Shown piece by piece: positions 11,675 to 21,772 of a stretch of 64,000 nucleotides of DNA. The notes under the pieces were generated by a model. The model ran no database searches and was not told the DNA's origin. It was given only the letters and a program-made list of their open reading frames with translations. The stretch's first letter is position 1; the number at the start of each line of letters is the position of its first letter. Source of the stretch: Pirellulales bacterium (GTDB lineage Bacteria; Planctomycetota; Planctomycetia; Pirellulales; PALSA-1355); contig CAVTBU010000005.1 of NCBI GenBank assembly GCA_963733035.1, positions 1,440,001-1,504,000 on the forward strand, written 5' to 3'. The position numbers and the translations under genes are program-made.

Positions 11675-11922
11675 GCGTTGATTCATATAAAACGAAAAGG
11701 TGGTCCAAACACCAACAGTACGGAAAAAGGGACGTCACCTTTGTCTCTTTGACAACTTTGTCCTCTTCGTTTCATCGAACTCCGACCTAGAAACCAGGCC
11801 ACCCTTTCTGGTAGTTTCCCAATGAATCAGCGAGTCGATCGCTGAACACGGTCACCGGGGGTATCCGAAGAGCTCGGCAACACGTGCCTCGCGCCCGTAG
11901 GCACCGGACAACGAGTATCCAG

Positions 11923-11979
11923 AGAGCCCGTATTCGGTGCGCGTCTTGAATGCGCGCACCGATTACGGGCTCTTTTTTT
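11923..11979 (+). terminator. Long intrinsic-terminator hairpin directly upstream of the toxin gene
   Basis: AGAGCCCGTA-T-TCGGTGCGCG pairs with CGCGCACCGA-T-TACGGGCTCT, followed by a T run; about 22 nt before ATG 12002. Confidence 0.75.
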
Positions 11980-12001
11980 GCACCCGTGAAGGGGGACATG
12001 C

Positions 12002-13475
12002 ATGGACAGGTACACAAACGCAACCGAGGTGACAAGTGATTTGCCGCCCAGCGAAGCTTGGCTTTTCGCACAAGCGATTCTCGGCAGGCCGATTTCACGA
12101 ATCGCCCGTCCTGAGGCCAAGACGAACGCCCAGTGCGAAGAACTGGGAAGGCTGGCGCGACTCTCGTGCCGGCATGCCGAGGAGTTGCGAAAGGTGCGAT
12201 CCACGGATGCCAGCGCACGTCACAATCGTGAGCTTCTGGAATGGTCAGCTCTGATCTCGACCGAGGCCCAAGGCAAACTCCGCGCGATCCAACAGATCGA
12301 GGCCCAGGAGGGCAGGGCGTGGCACGCGATCGAGCGATTCGCTGAAGCGGACTCCCCTCTTATCGAATGGAACGAGGCCGATCATCCTCGGGTGCCGAAG
12401 GGAACAGCCACCGGTGGTGAATGGGTTTCCAAGGGTGGCGGTGGGGGAGGATCACGGACGGGCAAGCCACCTTCTCTCCTCGACAAGATCAGGCAGCGCA
12501 ATCGGACGATCTCTAAATTGGGCGGCGTGGTAACGCCGAGCATGATCCGAGCGAATCGCCTCGCCAATGAATTGGAGTCGGCCGCGAAGCTTCCGGGTGA
12601 GGTCGCCCTTGCCGCAGCCGCTGGCCTTGGCACGGGCGGCAAGGCGGTGGTCAATGGCTTTGCAACGGCGGTCAAGGACGTGGCGACACTCGGATTGAGC
12701 CCTGGTCAACTTGAACTCATCGGCGTCACGAAGGAAGACCGAGAACGGGGCTACGACACGGCAGTGTCGATTTCCACGGCGAGTGGACAAATTCTCATCG
12801 CCGTCGGAACCGGCGGAATGGCGTCGGCGCTAAGCAAAGGCGGCTCGGTTGCGCGCTGCCAGTGGTGCCTTGATTGCGTACGACGCAGCAGGCAATGCCG
12901 TGGGCGTCGTCAAGGGCGTTCACGACGCGGCAACTAACGGCATAACCGTGGCCAACGGCGTGCAAGTGGCCGCTGGTGCGCTCGGACTGGGGGCAAACCT
13001 TAAGGCTGCCAAGTCTCTAGCCGCACCCACTTCACCAAATCCACCCAAGAGAAACATTCCGGCAACCAACGTCGATGATTTTGTCGGAAAGCTCCCGCGT
13101 TCATCCACACCCACAAAATCACCGGCGAATCGATATGAAATTAAGCACACCGGCCCTCACAATTACACCGTATCAGGCGGTGGAGCCAAGTTTGACATCG
13201 ACGGATATCGGGGATCGGCGATACTTGAGGCAAAGCATGTCGGCAATGCCGCGAGTAGCCCATATGTGCCCGGGTCGTCGTGTCCGGAATCCGTTCGCGC
13301 CGAAGTCCTAGAAGGCGTATCCGATCAGCTCAAAAGAGTCCGTGCGATCATCGAAAGTGGCTCAACACCTTTCCAGGAGATTGAAATCATTACAAACTCT
13401 CCCGAAGCAAAGAAGTTCTTTGAAGAGCTTCTAAAAAAGGCGGGTGTTCCTGGAAACGTACAACTTAAACCATAG
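12002..13475 (+). CDS. Polymorphic toxin with C-terminal restriction-endonuclease-fold (Tox-REase-2-like) domain; apparent frameshift at ~12852
   Basis: ORFs 12002..12937 and 12849..13475 join as GGSVAR-AASGALIA if one GC is restored. Gly/Ala-rich pre-toxin region; C-terminus YEIKHTG...GGGAKFDIDGYRGSAILEAKHV...EIITNSPEA...AGVPGNV has the D...ExK motif. Confidence 0.8.
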
Positions 13476-13489
13476 GAGCGTTGATTTTA

Positions 13490-13852
13490 ATGCATAATGT
13501 GTTACTGATGAATCCCGACGGCGACACATTTGATATCAAAGCAATTGCACGAATACTGGGGCCGGGGAATGGGTTTCGCGACGTGCGATTCGATGAGCCA
13601 GGAGGAGCTCTCATTGAGGCCGAATACATTGAGCCAGGAGGCCGGACAATTGTACGTCTCAGTGGAAGTTGTAAGAGCATTTCCTTCTCTGGAACGTCAG
13701 ATTGCGCCTTCCGCGCCGCGTTGATTCTGCAAAGGCAACTCGACATGCCACTCCGAATGGTCGATACAGACTATTCGTTTGATCTCATTCTTGACGGCGT
13801 TTCGAACGTTGAGGAGTTGCGGGCAGCGATTGAAAAAGGCCGAACGAGCTGA
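13490..13852 (+). CDS. Probable cognate immunity protein
   Basis: About 120 aa, acidic, lower GC, starts 14 nt after the toxin stop with an AGGAG RBS; function inferred from position. Confidence 0.65.
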   Translation: MHNVLLMNPDGDTFDIKAIARILGPGNGFRDVRFDEPGGALIEAEYIEPGGRTIVRLSGSCKSISFSGTSDCAFRAALILQRQLDMPLRMVDTDYSFDLILDGVSNVEELRAAIEKGRTS

Positions 13853-13996
13853 ATCGACTCGCCACGAGCAGAAGGCAAGGGATCAACGGACGTGAACCTT
13901 ATTATTCCCAATTGCCTGGGCAGACGGTCCGACGGGCGGCCTGTCTCGCCCCCCGCGCGGCCGACCGAGCTGCCTCTGCAAACAATCGCAGCGTCC

Positions 13997-15183
13997 TCAA
14001 TCGCCCTGGCGGATCCAGGCTTCGTTGAAGGCGGCGTGTTTGATGCCCTTGAGGGTCGGAGGGGGTTGACCGTCGGCCGTGGTGCTTGCTTCGGGGGCGA
14101 TGAAGCAACTGTAGATGGCGTGGATCGTGCCGCCCTGGCCTTGGATAATCGCAGGGTAGTGGTAGCGGCCCTCGGCGTGCTTTTCCAGATGGCGGGTCGA
14201 GGTCCAGCTGCGGCCTTCGTCGGTGGAAATCGACACCGCCAACACGGCGCGGCTGTCTGTGTCGTCGTTATAAGCGAGCACCCAATGACCGTTGGCCAGG
14301 CGAACTCCGTCGATGCCGCTACCGGGATTCGGGAGCGAGCTGTCGCCGACCGGACTCCAGGTCAGGCCGTCGTCCTTCGATTCGGAAACGCGAATGCAAG
14401 CCCGGGGGCCGTTCTCGCGCATGTAGGCCACCAGCACGCCGTCGTTGCGTCGCAACACGGTCGGCTGAATGTTGCCGAAGCCGATCAACGGTTGGCTGGC
14501 ATACCAGGTGCGGCCCTCGTCGTCGCTGATCGCCATGATCGAAATGGCAAACGTGTCGGTATAGAGCGGCAGCAAGATCCGACCGCTGGGCAAAACGGTT
14601 GGCTTGCAGCGCGGCGCCCAACCGAGCCGCTGGTAGAGCGTGTCGTCGAGCTTGCGCACTGTTCGTCAGGACCGCCCTTGGCGCCGCGCGGCGGGCGCAG
14701 CTTGCGATCGCCCAGCAATTTGAGCGCCTCGTCGCGAAAGTTGGCGGGCTTAAGCAGGATGATCGACTCGCGATCCCATTTCGGCGCTCCGGGCTGGTCG
14801 TAGTCGGTCGAAGTCCGATAGTTCATCAAGCAGCTTTCCCACGAGTCTCCGATGACCGTGGGCCAGAACAGCCATAGCCGCCTCTTGCCGTCGATCATCA
14901 TGCAGGTGTTGCAATCGGGAAAGCCGGGTCGGTCGGCCATCATGAACGGTTTACTCCAGGCGCTTTCGCCTTTCCTCTTGCGGGCGCCCAGTATGCCGGC
15001 GTCGGACTCGGGCCCTTCGCTACCGCCGTACCATGAGGCGAGGAGATCGCCATTGGCGGTTTCGACGATGCCCGGCGCGTGCGTTTGAGGCTCAACGGGT
15101 TGAAAGATTTGTTCCGCCTCGTAGAACGGCACTTCGTCAGCCGCGGCAAAACTGACGAGCGCAAGGCAAAGCAGCAGGTTCAT
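13997..15183 (-). CDS. Secreted sialidase/BNR-repeat (Asp-box) protein; apparent frameshift at ~14655
   Basis: Signal peptide, THAPGIVETANGDLLASWYGG, Asp-boxes SDDEGRTW, SKDDGLTW, STDEGRSW, YHYPAIIQ; split over ORFs 14485..15183 and 13997..14659. Confidence 0.85.
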
Positions 15184-15539
15184 GCGTCATTCCTTCCAGG
15201 GGCTCGGGACCTCGCCGCCATTGTACCTCGGCTGCCAGCCCGAAGTGAGAAGCTACCGATCGTGGGCGCTGTTTCTACCGATGGAGCCGATGACGGGGCT
15301 GGGCAGCGGCCGGTGTGGGCGGCACGCCTCGCGCGCATGTTGCCGCCGACAAAGATCGTGAAGCATCGGAAAGGGTTATCAGTAATTTCGAGCGATCGCC
15401 ATATTCGGTAATGTCCCGTTTTGCCGCCCCGATGGCAGTCGGCCATTCGCACGCTTGGATTGATATAATCGACCGCGTGATCACGGCCGCGAAGGCCGTC
15501 GTGGCGAAATGTCCTTGGGGGGCGAACGGGAACGTATTG

Positions 15540-16445
15540 ATGCCGACAAGAATCACGTTGCTGGTTTTGGCGATCGTGGTTGGCTGGTGTTCCGTTGGCG
15601 CTCGGTGCGCAGAGCCCGTTCGGCGAACGGAAGACGTGGTCTACGGGCGGAAGTTCGGGTTGGCGCTGACGATGGATGTTTTTCAGCCTGCCAATCCGAA
15701 TGGTTGCGGGTTGCTGTTCCTGGTCAATGGCGGCTGGCTTTCGAGCAAGTCGACGCCCCTGATGGTGACGGTCCGCCCGGAGGACTATCGTGTCTTTCTG
15801 GATCGCGGATATACGGTGTTCGCGATTGTCACCAGCTCGCAACCGAAGTTTACTGTTTCCGACGAGATTAAAGACGTGCTTCGCGCCGTTCGCTTTGTGC
15901 GGAGGAATGCAGCGCAATACGGCGTGCGTCCCGATCGGTTGGGGGTGATGGGGGCCAGTTCGGGCGGCCACCTCACGCTGTCGATTGCGACGCGCGGCGG
16001 GCCGGGCAAGAGTGACGCTGCCGATCCGGTCGAGCGGGAAAGCAGCGCCGTGCAAGCCGTGGCATGTTTCTTTCCTCCGACTGACTTTCTGAATTTCGGA
16101 GGTCCCGGCGTGAACGGCGTGGGAGCCGGGCCGTTGGCCGCGCTGCAAGTCGCCTTTGGTCCGCTGGCACTCACGGCGCAGGGACGCGAACAGCTCGGTC
16201 GCGAGATCTCGCCGATCAACTATGTGACCGACAAGCTACCCCCGACGTTGATCATCCACGGCGATCGTGATGAGGTTGTGCCGCTCCAGCAGTCGGAGAG
16301 CTTTGTCGCCAAGGCCCGTAGCGCAGGTGCCGCGGACATCGAGCTGATCGTGCGGTCGGGCAAAGGACACGGCTGGGGCGACTTCTGGAAGTCTGATGAC
16401 GACATCACGGCGTTTGCCGATTGGTTCGATCGTCACTTGCGATGA
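15540..16445 (+). CDS. Secreted alpha/beta hydrolase (BD-FAE/esterase-like)
   Basis: Signal peptide, DVVYG, NGGW, GASSGGHL nucleophile elbow, PPTLIIHGDRDEVVP, GKGHGW. Confidence 0.9.
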   Translation: MPTRITLLVLAIVVGWCSVGARCAEPVRRTEDVVYGRKFGLALTMDVFQPANPNGCGLLFLVNGGWLSSKSTPLMVTVRPEDYRVFLDRGYTVFAIVTSSQPKFTVSDEIKDVLRAVRFVRRNAAQYGVRPDRLGVMGASSGGHLTLSIATRGGPGKSDAADPVERESSAVQAVACFFPPTDFLNFGGPGVNGVGAGPLAALQVAFGPLALTAQGREQLGREISPINYVTDKLPPTLIIHGDRDEVVPLQQSESFVAKARSAGAADIELIVRSGKGHGWGDFWKSDDDITAFADWFDRHLR

Positions 16446-16497
16446 CGCGAGCGGTTCGCGCGCCCGGCCAGTGTGCGTGTTTCGTGACGATTTCCTA

Positions 16498-16680
16498 CTA
16501 TCTGGCCGAAAGGTTTTGGAGGGCGTGCTCGAAGGCGTAGTTACGACCTTTCGTGCGTGTGAGGGCCTGTTGCAATTTGGCCAGGTACGGTCGCGTTTTC
16601 TCACCTAGCATTTCCAGAGCGTATGCCGCACGGCAGGCGGCCCACTCGTTGGGATTGTCGAGTTCGTGTCGCTCGCGCAT
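16498..16680 (-). pseudogene. Short HEAT-repeat-like fragment, possibly a gene remnant
   Basis: ELDNPNEWAACRAAYALEMLGEKTRPYL resembles HEAT tails of planctomycete sulfatases; no upstream domain. Confidence 0.3.
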
Positions 16681-16772
16681 TCAGGCCGGCAGCCAATGCC
16701 AAGAGGTGTCGCCAGCCAGCGTGGGCTTGCGACACGTCTTGGTTGCATGGGTGCAAACTTGCTTGTCGGCGC

Positions 16773-18233
16773 TCACACCTGCTGCGGCACGACGAACGGC
16801 TTGCGGTACGCTCGGGTGAGCAGAGGGTTGGCCTCGTCGGCGCCGGCGCCGGTGAACTTCTCGGTTTCGGCATCGAACGCGAGCGTGCGGCCCAGCTGGT
16901 ACTTGGTTTCCGCCAGGTCGAGGCCAATGGCCTTGAGATTGTCGCGCAGGTTGCCAAAGCACTCGACGACCTGCTTGTTGTCGCCCAGCGCCGCGCCGGC
17001 TTTGTCGTAGGGCACTTGCTCGCCCAGCCGATAGGAGATATTGGCCAAGTGGCACAGCGCGGCCGAGTAGTGGGCTACTTCCGCGTTGGCGTTGTTGTCC
17101 TCGGGCTTGCGACTGCGGACGGCCTGAATGAAGCTGCCGAACGGACCGCCGGGCGTGACGCTGACTTCCGGCCCCACGAGGTCTTCGCCGTCGCTGCTAC
17201 CATGCTTGTAGAACTTGCCTTCGCGAATCAGGCCTTCGGTGGTGTAGTACTCGTTGGAGACATTGCGGGGCACGTTGCCCCGGTCCTTGTTCTCCACCAG
17301 TCCGCGCACTTCGAAGACCAGCAGCGCGTCGCCGTAATCGAACACGGCCATCTGCGTGTTGGGAGTCTGCCCTTGATCTTCGTAGCCGAAGCGGCCGCCG
17401 AGGCTCCAGACGCTTTTGGGGAGCGTGGAATCCTTGATCGCCCAGCGGGCGACGTCCATCTCGTGCACGCCCTGGTTGCCGATATCGCCGTTACCGGTGT
17501 CCCAGAACCAGTGCCAGTTGTACGGAACCAGGTTCCCGTGATAGGCCTGCTCGGGCGCGGGGCCGAGCCAGATGTTGAAATCAAGCCCGGCCGGCGGCGC
17601 TTCGGTGGGCTTGGTGCCGATGCTCCACCGCGGCTTGCAGCAATAGCCTTTCGAGACAAGCAGCTTGCCGTACTTGCCGCTTTGCAAGGCCGCGATCTCG
17701 CGCGCCCGCCCGTCGCTTGAGCGTTGCTGGGTGCCGTGCTGCACGACGCGGCCGTACTTCTTGGCGGCTTCGACGCACTGGCGTCCTTCGAAGATGTTGT
17801 GGCTGATCGGTTTTTCGACGTACACGTCCTTGCCGGCCTGGCAGGCCCAGACGGTGATCAGCGAATGCCAGTGATTGCAGGTGGCGACCGAGACGACGTC
17901 GATATTCTTGTCGTCGAGCGCGTGGCGAATGTCCTTGACGGTTTGCGGGTCGTTGCCGCCGCCTTCGGCGACGCTCGAGCTGCGCGAGCCAAACAGACGC
18001 GTGTCTGGGTCGATCAGATAGGTGACCTGCACATTTTGGTCTTTGAGCTGCTTGGCAAACGCGTCGATGTGCGATTGCCCGCGGCCACGGATGCCGGCCA
18101 CGCCCACGCGGATGGCATCGTTCGCGCCCAGCACGCGGCCCGAGGCCTTGGTGCCGGCAACGGTGAACAGGCCAAAGGCGGTGCTGGCAGCGGCGGAACG
18201 TTGGATGAATTTGCGGCGGGTGATACGGGCCAT
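16773..18233 (-). CDS. Tat-exported Gfo/Idh/MocA oxidoreductase
   Basis: TRRKFI, GVAGIRGRG, ATCNHWH, GKDVYVEKP, QHGTQQRS, GNQGVHEMD. Confidence 0.93.
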   Translation of the reverse strand: MARITRRKFIQRSAAASTAFGLFTVAGTKASGRVLGANDAIRVGVAGIRGRGQSHIDAFAKQLKDQNVQVTYLIDPDTRLFGSRSSSVAEGGGNDPQTVKDIRHALDDKNIDVVSVATCNHWHSLITVWACQAGKDVYVEKPISHNIFEGRQCVEAAKKYGRVVQHGTQQRSSDGRAREIAALQSGKYGKLLVSKGYCCKPRWSIGTKPTEAPPAGLDFNIWLGPAPEQAYHGNLVPYNWHWFWDTGNGDIGNQGVHEMDVARWAIKDSTLPKSVWSLGGRFGYEDQGQTPNTQMAVFDYGDALLVFEVRGLVENKDRGNVPRNVSNEYYTTEGLIREGKFYKHGSSDGEDLVGPEVSVTPGGPFGSFIQAVRSRKPEDNNANAEVAHYSAALCHLANISYRLGEQVPYDKAGAALGDNKQVVECFGNLRDNLKAIGLDLAETKYQLGRTLAFDAETEKFTGAGADEANPLLTRAYRKPFVVPQQV

Positions 18234-18577
18234 GGTGGGGCTCCCTTGGGTGGCGGAGGGCAAAGATCCAAGCTGGCGAGCGTGCGTGGCGGCCATCGAC
18301 CAGCACCGCCCAGCGGGCACTCTGGCGGCAAGCCGATTGTAACGCAACTCCAACCCTCAAACCACCTTTTCGCATGGCAATTCGTCTTGCCTAGTGCGCC
18401 GAGTCGAGGGTAGTAAATCAGCCTGGTTGGCGCCTGGTACGTAGAATGCCGAAGGAAACCATGACACTCTTGGACTCGACCGCGGGTACTACTGACGACT
18501 AAGGAATATCTCGCGGGCCGTGCATGCAGCGGCCGTCACTGCGCAAATGGCCCACACTGGTACATAAGGAACTGTCG

Positions 18578-20377
18578 ATGACATCACGCAGAGGCCGGCC
18601 GGCAATCGGTTGGGGAAGCACCGTCGTTGCGGCATTGCTCTGGCTTGGCGTGCTGGCCAATAGTTCACTGGCGGCCGATTCGCTCGTTGGAAACAAAGCG
18701 CCTGAGTTCCGCCTGGCGGATTCGGCCGGCAACCAAATCAGCCTCGCCGATTTGAAAGACAAGCGGCTGGTCGTCGTGTTGTTCCTGGGTACCGAGTGTC
18801 CACTGGCCCGGCTTTATGCGCCGCGACTCAGTGAATTGGCCGACAAGTATGGCGAGAAGCACGTCGCGCTGATCGGCATCGATTCGAATCTGCAAGACAC
18901 GCCCGAGGAGATTGCGGACTACGTCAGCGAGCATTCGATCACGTTCCCGGTGCTCCAGGACCCCAAGAACATTGTGGCCGATGCGTTTGGAGCCGTACGA
19001 ACGCCTGAGGTGTTCGTGCTCGACGAGACGCGAACGGTCCGCTACCACGGTCGCATCGACGGCCAGTATGTGCCTGGTTTGCAAAAGTCGACGAACCCCC
19101 GGCGCGATTTGGCCCTGGCTCTCGATGAGCTGTTGGCGGGCAACGACGTGTCCGTGCCCGAGACCGAGGCGGTGGGCTGCTTCATTGGCCGAATGCCAAA
19201 GTCGACTGGCGGAGAAGTGACATACTCGCGCGAGATCGCCCGGATTTTTCAGAACCGCTGCGTGGAGTGTCACCGCGAGGGAGAAATCGGCCCATTCGCG
19301 CTCACCAGCTACGACGAAGCGATCGGCTGGGCCGAGACGGTTCGCGAGGTGGTCGATCAGGGGCGCATGCCACCCTGGTTTGCCGACCCGAAGATCGGTC
19401 ACTTTGTCAACGACGCCCGCTTGAGCGATGAGGAAAAGCGGCAGATTGGCGCTTGGGTCGATGCCGGCTGCCCGCAGGGTGATCCGCAGGATCTACCCGA
19501 ACCTCGGCAGTTCGTCGACGGCTGGAACATTCCCGAGCCGGACCTCGTGCTGCCGATGGCTAAGCAGCCGTTCCAGGTGCCGGCCGAGGGAGTGGTGGAT
19601 TACCAACACCTGGTAGTCGACCCGGGATTTACGGAAGACAAGTGGATGGTGGCCTGCGAAGCCCGACCGGGGAACCGCCAGGTCGTGCATCACATTCTGG
19701 TGTTTCTGCAATCGCCGGGGGGAGCGGTGGACTTGCTGCGTGGTTCGCTGTTGGCCGCGTACGCGCCGGGTTCTCCGCCGCGGCAGACCGAGCCAGGCAT
19801 GGCCAAACACATTCCGGCCGGCTCGAAGATCATCTTCCAGATGCACTACACGCCCAACGGCAAACCGCAGGAAGACATGAGCACGCTGGGGCTCAAGTTC
19901 TGCGACGCCAGCGAAGTGAAACAGACAGTCGAAAGCAGCTGGGCGATCAATTTCGCCTTCGCAATTCCGCCCGGAGCCAAGGATTACAAGGTCACCTCGA
20001 AGCACTTCTTCAAGGAAGACAAGCTGCTACTGAGCATGACGCCGCACATGCACATGCGCGGCAAGTCGTTTCGCTACGAGGTGATTTATCCCGACGGCCG
20101 GCGCGAAGTGCTGCTCGACGTGCCCCGCTGGGACTTCAATTGGCAGATCGACTACATCCTGGCCAAGCCGAAGCTGATTCCCAAGGGCGCGCAGCTCTAT
20201 TGCGAGGCCCACTACGACAACTCGGCAGACAACCCCACCAACCCCGACCCAACCAAGACGATTCGCTTTGGCGAACAGACTTGGGACGAAATGATGATCG
20301 GCTGGTTCACCACGGCCACGCCGCCTGAGAACGCTCGGGTAACGCAAAAACCCGACGCCACGCCCGCGGTGAAGTAG
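18578..20377 (+). CDS. Redoxin (AhpC/TSA) + cytochrome c + copper monooxygenase-like multidomain protein
   Basis: APEFRL, GTECPLA, RTPEVFVLD, YHGRID, CVECH, RMPPW, VVHHIL, PHMHMRGK, GEQTWDEMM. Confidence 0.88.
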   Translation: MTSRRGRPAIGWGSTVVAALLWLGVLANSSLAADSLVGNKAPEFRLADSAGNQISLADLKDKRLVVVLFLGTECPLARLYAPRLSELADKYGEKHVALIGIDSNLQDTPEEIADYVSEHSITFPVLQDPKNIVADAFGAVRTPEVFVLDETRTVRYHGRIDGQYVPGLQKSTNPRRDLALALDELLAGNDVSVPETEAVGCFIGRMPKSTGGEVTYSREIARIFQNRCVECHREGEIGPFALTSYDEAIGWAETVREVVDQGRMPPWFADPKIGHFVNDARLSDEEKRQIGAWVDAGCPQGDPQDLPEPRQFVDGWNIPEPDLVLPMAKQPFQVPAEGVVDYQHLVVDPGFTEDKWMVACEARPGNRQVVHHILVFLQSPGGAVDLLRGSLLAAYAPGSPPRQTEPGMAKHIPAGSKIIFQMHYTPNGKPQEDMSTLGLKFCDASEVKQTVESSWAINFAFAIPPGAKDYKVTSKHFFKEDKLLLSMTPHMHMRGKSFRYEVIYPDGRREVLLDVPRWDFNWQIDYILAKPKLIPKGAQLYCEAHYDNSADNPTNPDPTKTIRFGEQTWDEMMIGWFTTATPPENARVTQKPDATPAVK

Positions 20378-20392
20378 TCGGCCGCGCGAGTG

Positions 20393-21772
20393 CTATAGCA
20401 GGTGCCGCGCCTTGATCTCGAGGTAGCGGTTTACCAGCGGGGCGGTCATCTGTTCTGGGAACACGTCGAGCGACAGCACGCCCTGGCTGTCCAAGTCGCG
20501 AAGCACGCTGGCCCGCCAATGGACGATATCTTGCGCCGCGGCGGCCTCGTAGATTTGGGCCAGTTCGTGCGACGGCGATGCCACGGCGGCGTCGAAGATC
20601 GCATGGTCTCGCAGCAGGACGCCCAGCGGCAGGTGTCGGCCCACCAGACTCGTGAGGTAGCGGCTGATCTGATTCGAGTTGACTTCATCGATGACGTTCG
20701 TAATGAGCACGACCAGCGAACGTTTTCGACAGCGGGCATTGAGATAAACGAACGCCTCGTCGTAGCGAGATTCAACCAGTCGCGGAAAGCGATCGAACGA
20801 GGCGTGCAGCAGGCGGTTCATCTGATGCATGCCGCCCCGCGGTGGGACGAAAGCCTGCACTTCGTCGGAAAAGCAGAGCAAGCCAACGGAGTCTCCCTTG
20901 TTCAGGGCGATGAAGCTGAGCATCAGCGCTGCGTTGAACGCGTGGTCGAGCAGACTAATGCCCTCGGCGGTGTTGGTCATCATGCGTCCGCAATCGACCA
21001 GGAACACGACCCGCTGGCTTTGGTTGGCCTGGAAGTCCTTGACGGTGAGCTTGCCGCGGCGGGCTGTGCTTCGCCAATCGATGAACTTGTAGTTGTCGTC
21101 AAGCGTGTAATCGCGGAGCCGCTCGAATTCGTTGTCCTGACCGATCCGCCGCGTGCGCCGCAGTCCCACCAGGTTCAAGCGGTCCACGCGAGCCAGTAGC
21201 GAGTACTCGCGCAGCTGCCGCATATCGGGATAGACGTGAAGGTCGTTTTCGGCCGGATACTGAAAGTCTCGCTGCCAGAGCCGCAGGCGGCTGATGGCGC
21301 GCAGGTAGATCGCCTGCAACTGAAACTTGCCCCGCCGCGAAGCCGTCAGCTGGTAGTGAAACGTCGAACGGCTGATGGCCGGCAGCCGCACGTGAAACTG
21401 CTCACGGTCGGCTTCGCATTCGCCCGGCACGTCGTCGCGAACCCAAACGTCCAGGTCGCGCTGTGCGCGGTTGGAGACGGTTAACTTCACCGGATGCGGA
21501 CTTTGCAGGGACGCGACGCGCTGAATCTCGCGCTGGGCGGAAAATGCCCGGTGGCGTGGCAAAGTGAATATGTCGGCGAATATTACCAGGACGACCAACG
21601 CGTCGAGAGCCAACAACGGCGGCAGCAATTGACGGCCGGCCAAAAGGGCCGTCGAGGCCAGCGCGGGCACCATCGCCAGCCAAACCGCGGCGCAACGCGG
21701 ATAGATTGACCACAGTCGGCCCAAGACGAGCAGCCCCAGCGGTAGCAGCGAGATGAGCATCAACGGGTTCAC
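20393..21772 (-). CDS. DUF58 (vWA-like) protein
   Basis: EFERLRDY, IDWRSTARRGKL, VDCGRMM; follows the MoxR gene. Confidence 0.92.
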   Translation of the reverse strand: MNPLMLISLLPLGLLVLGRLWSIYPRCAAVWLAMVPALASTALLAGRQLLPPLLALDALVVLVIFADIFTLPRHRAFSAQREIQRVASLQSPHPVKLTVSNRAQRDLDVWVRDDVPGECEADREQFHVRLPAISRSTFHYQLTASRRGKFQLQAIYLRAISRLRLWQRDFQYPAENDLHVYPDMRQLREYSLLARVDRLNLVGLRRTRRIGQDNEFERLRDYTLDDNYKFIDWRSTARRGKLTVKDFQANQSQRVVFLVDCGRMMTNTAEGISLLDHAFNAALMLSFIALNKGDSVGLLCFSDEVQAFVPPRGGMHQMNRLLHASFDRFPRLVESRYDEAFVYLNARCRKRSLVVLITNVIDEVNSNQISRYLTSLVGRHLPLGVLLRDHAIFDAAVASPSHELAQIYEAAAAQDIVHWRASVLRDLDSQGVLSLDVFPEQMTAPLVNRYLEIKARHLL

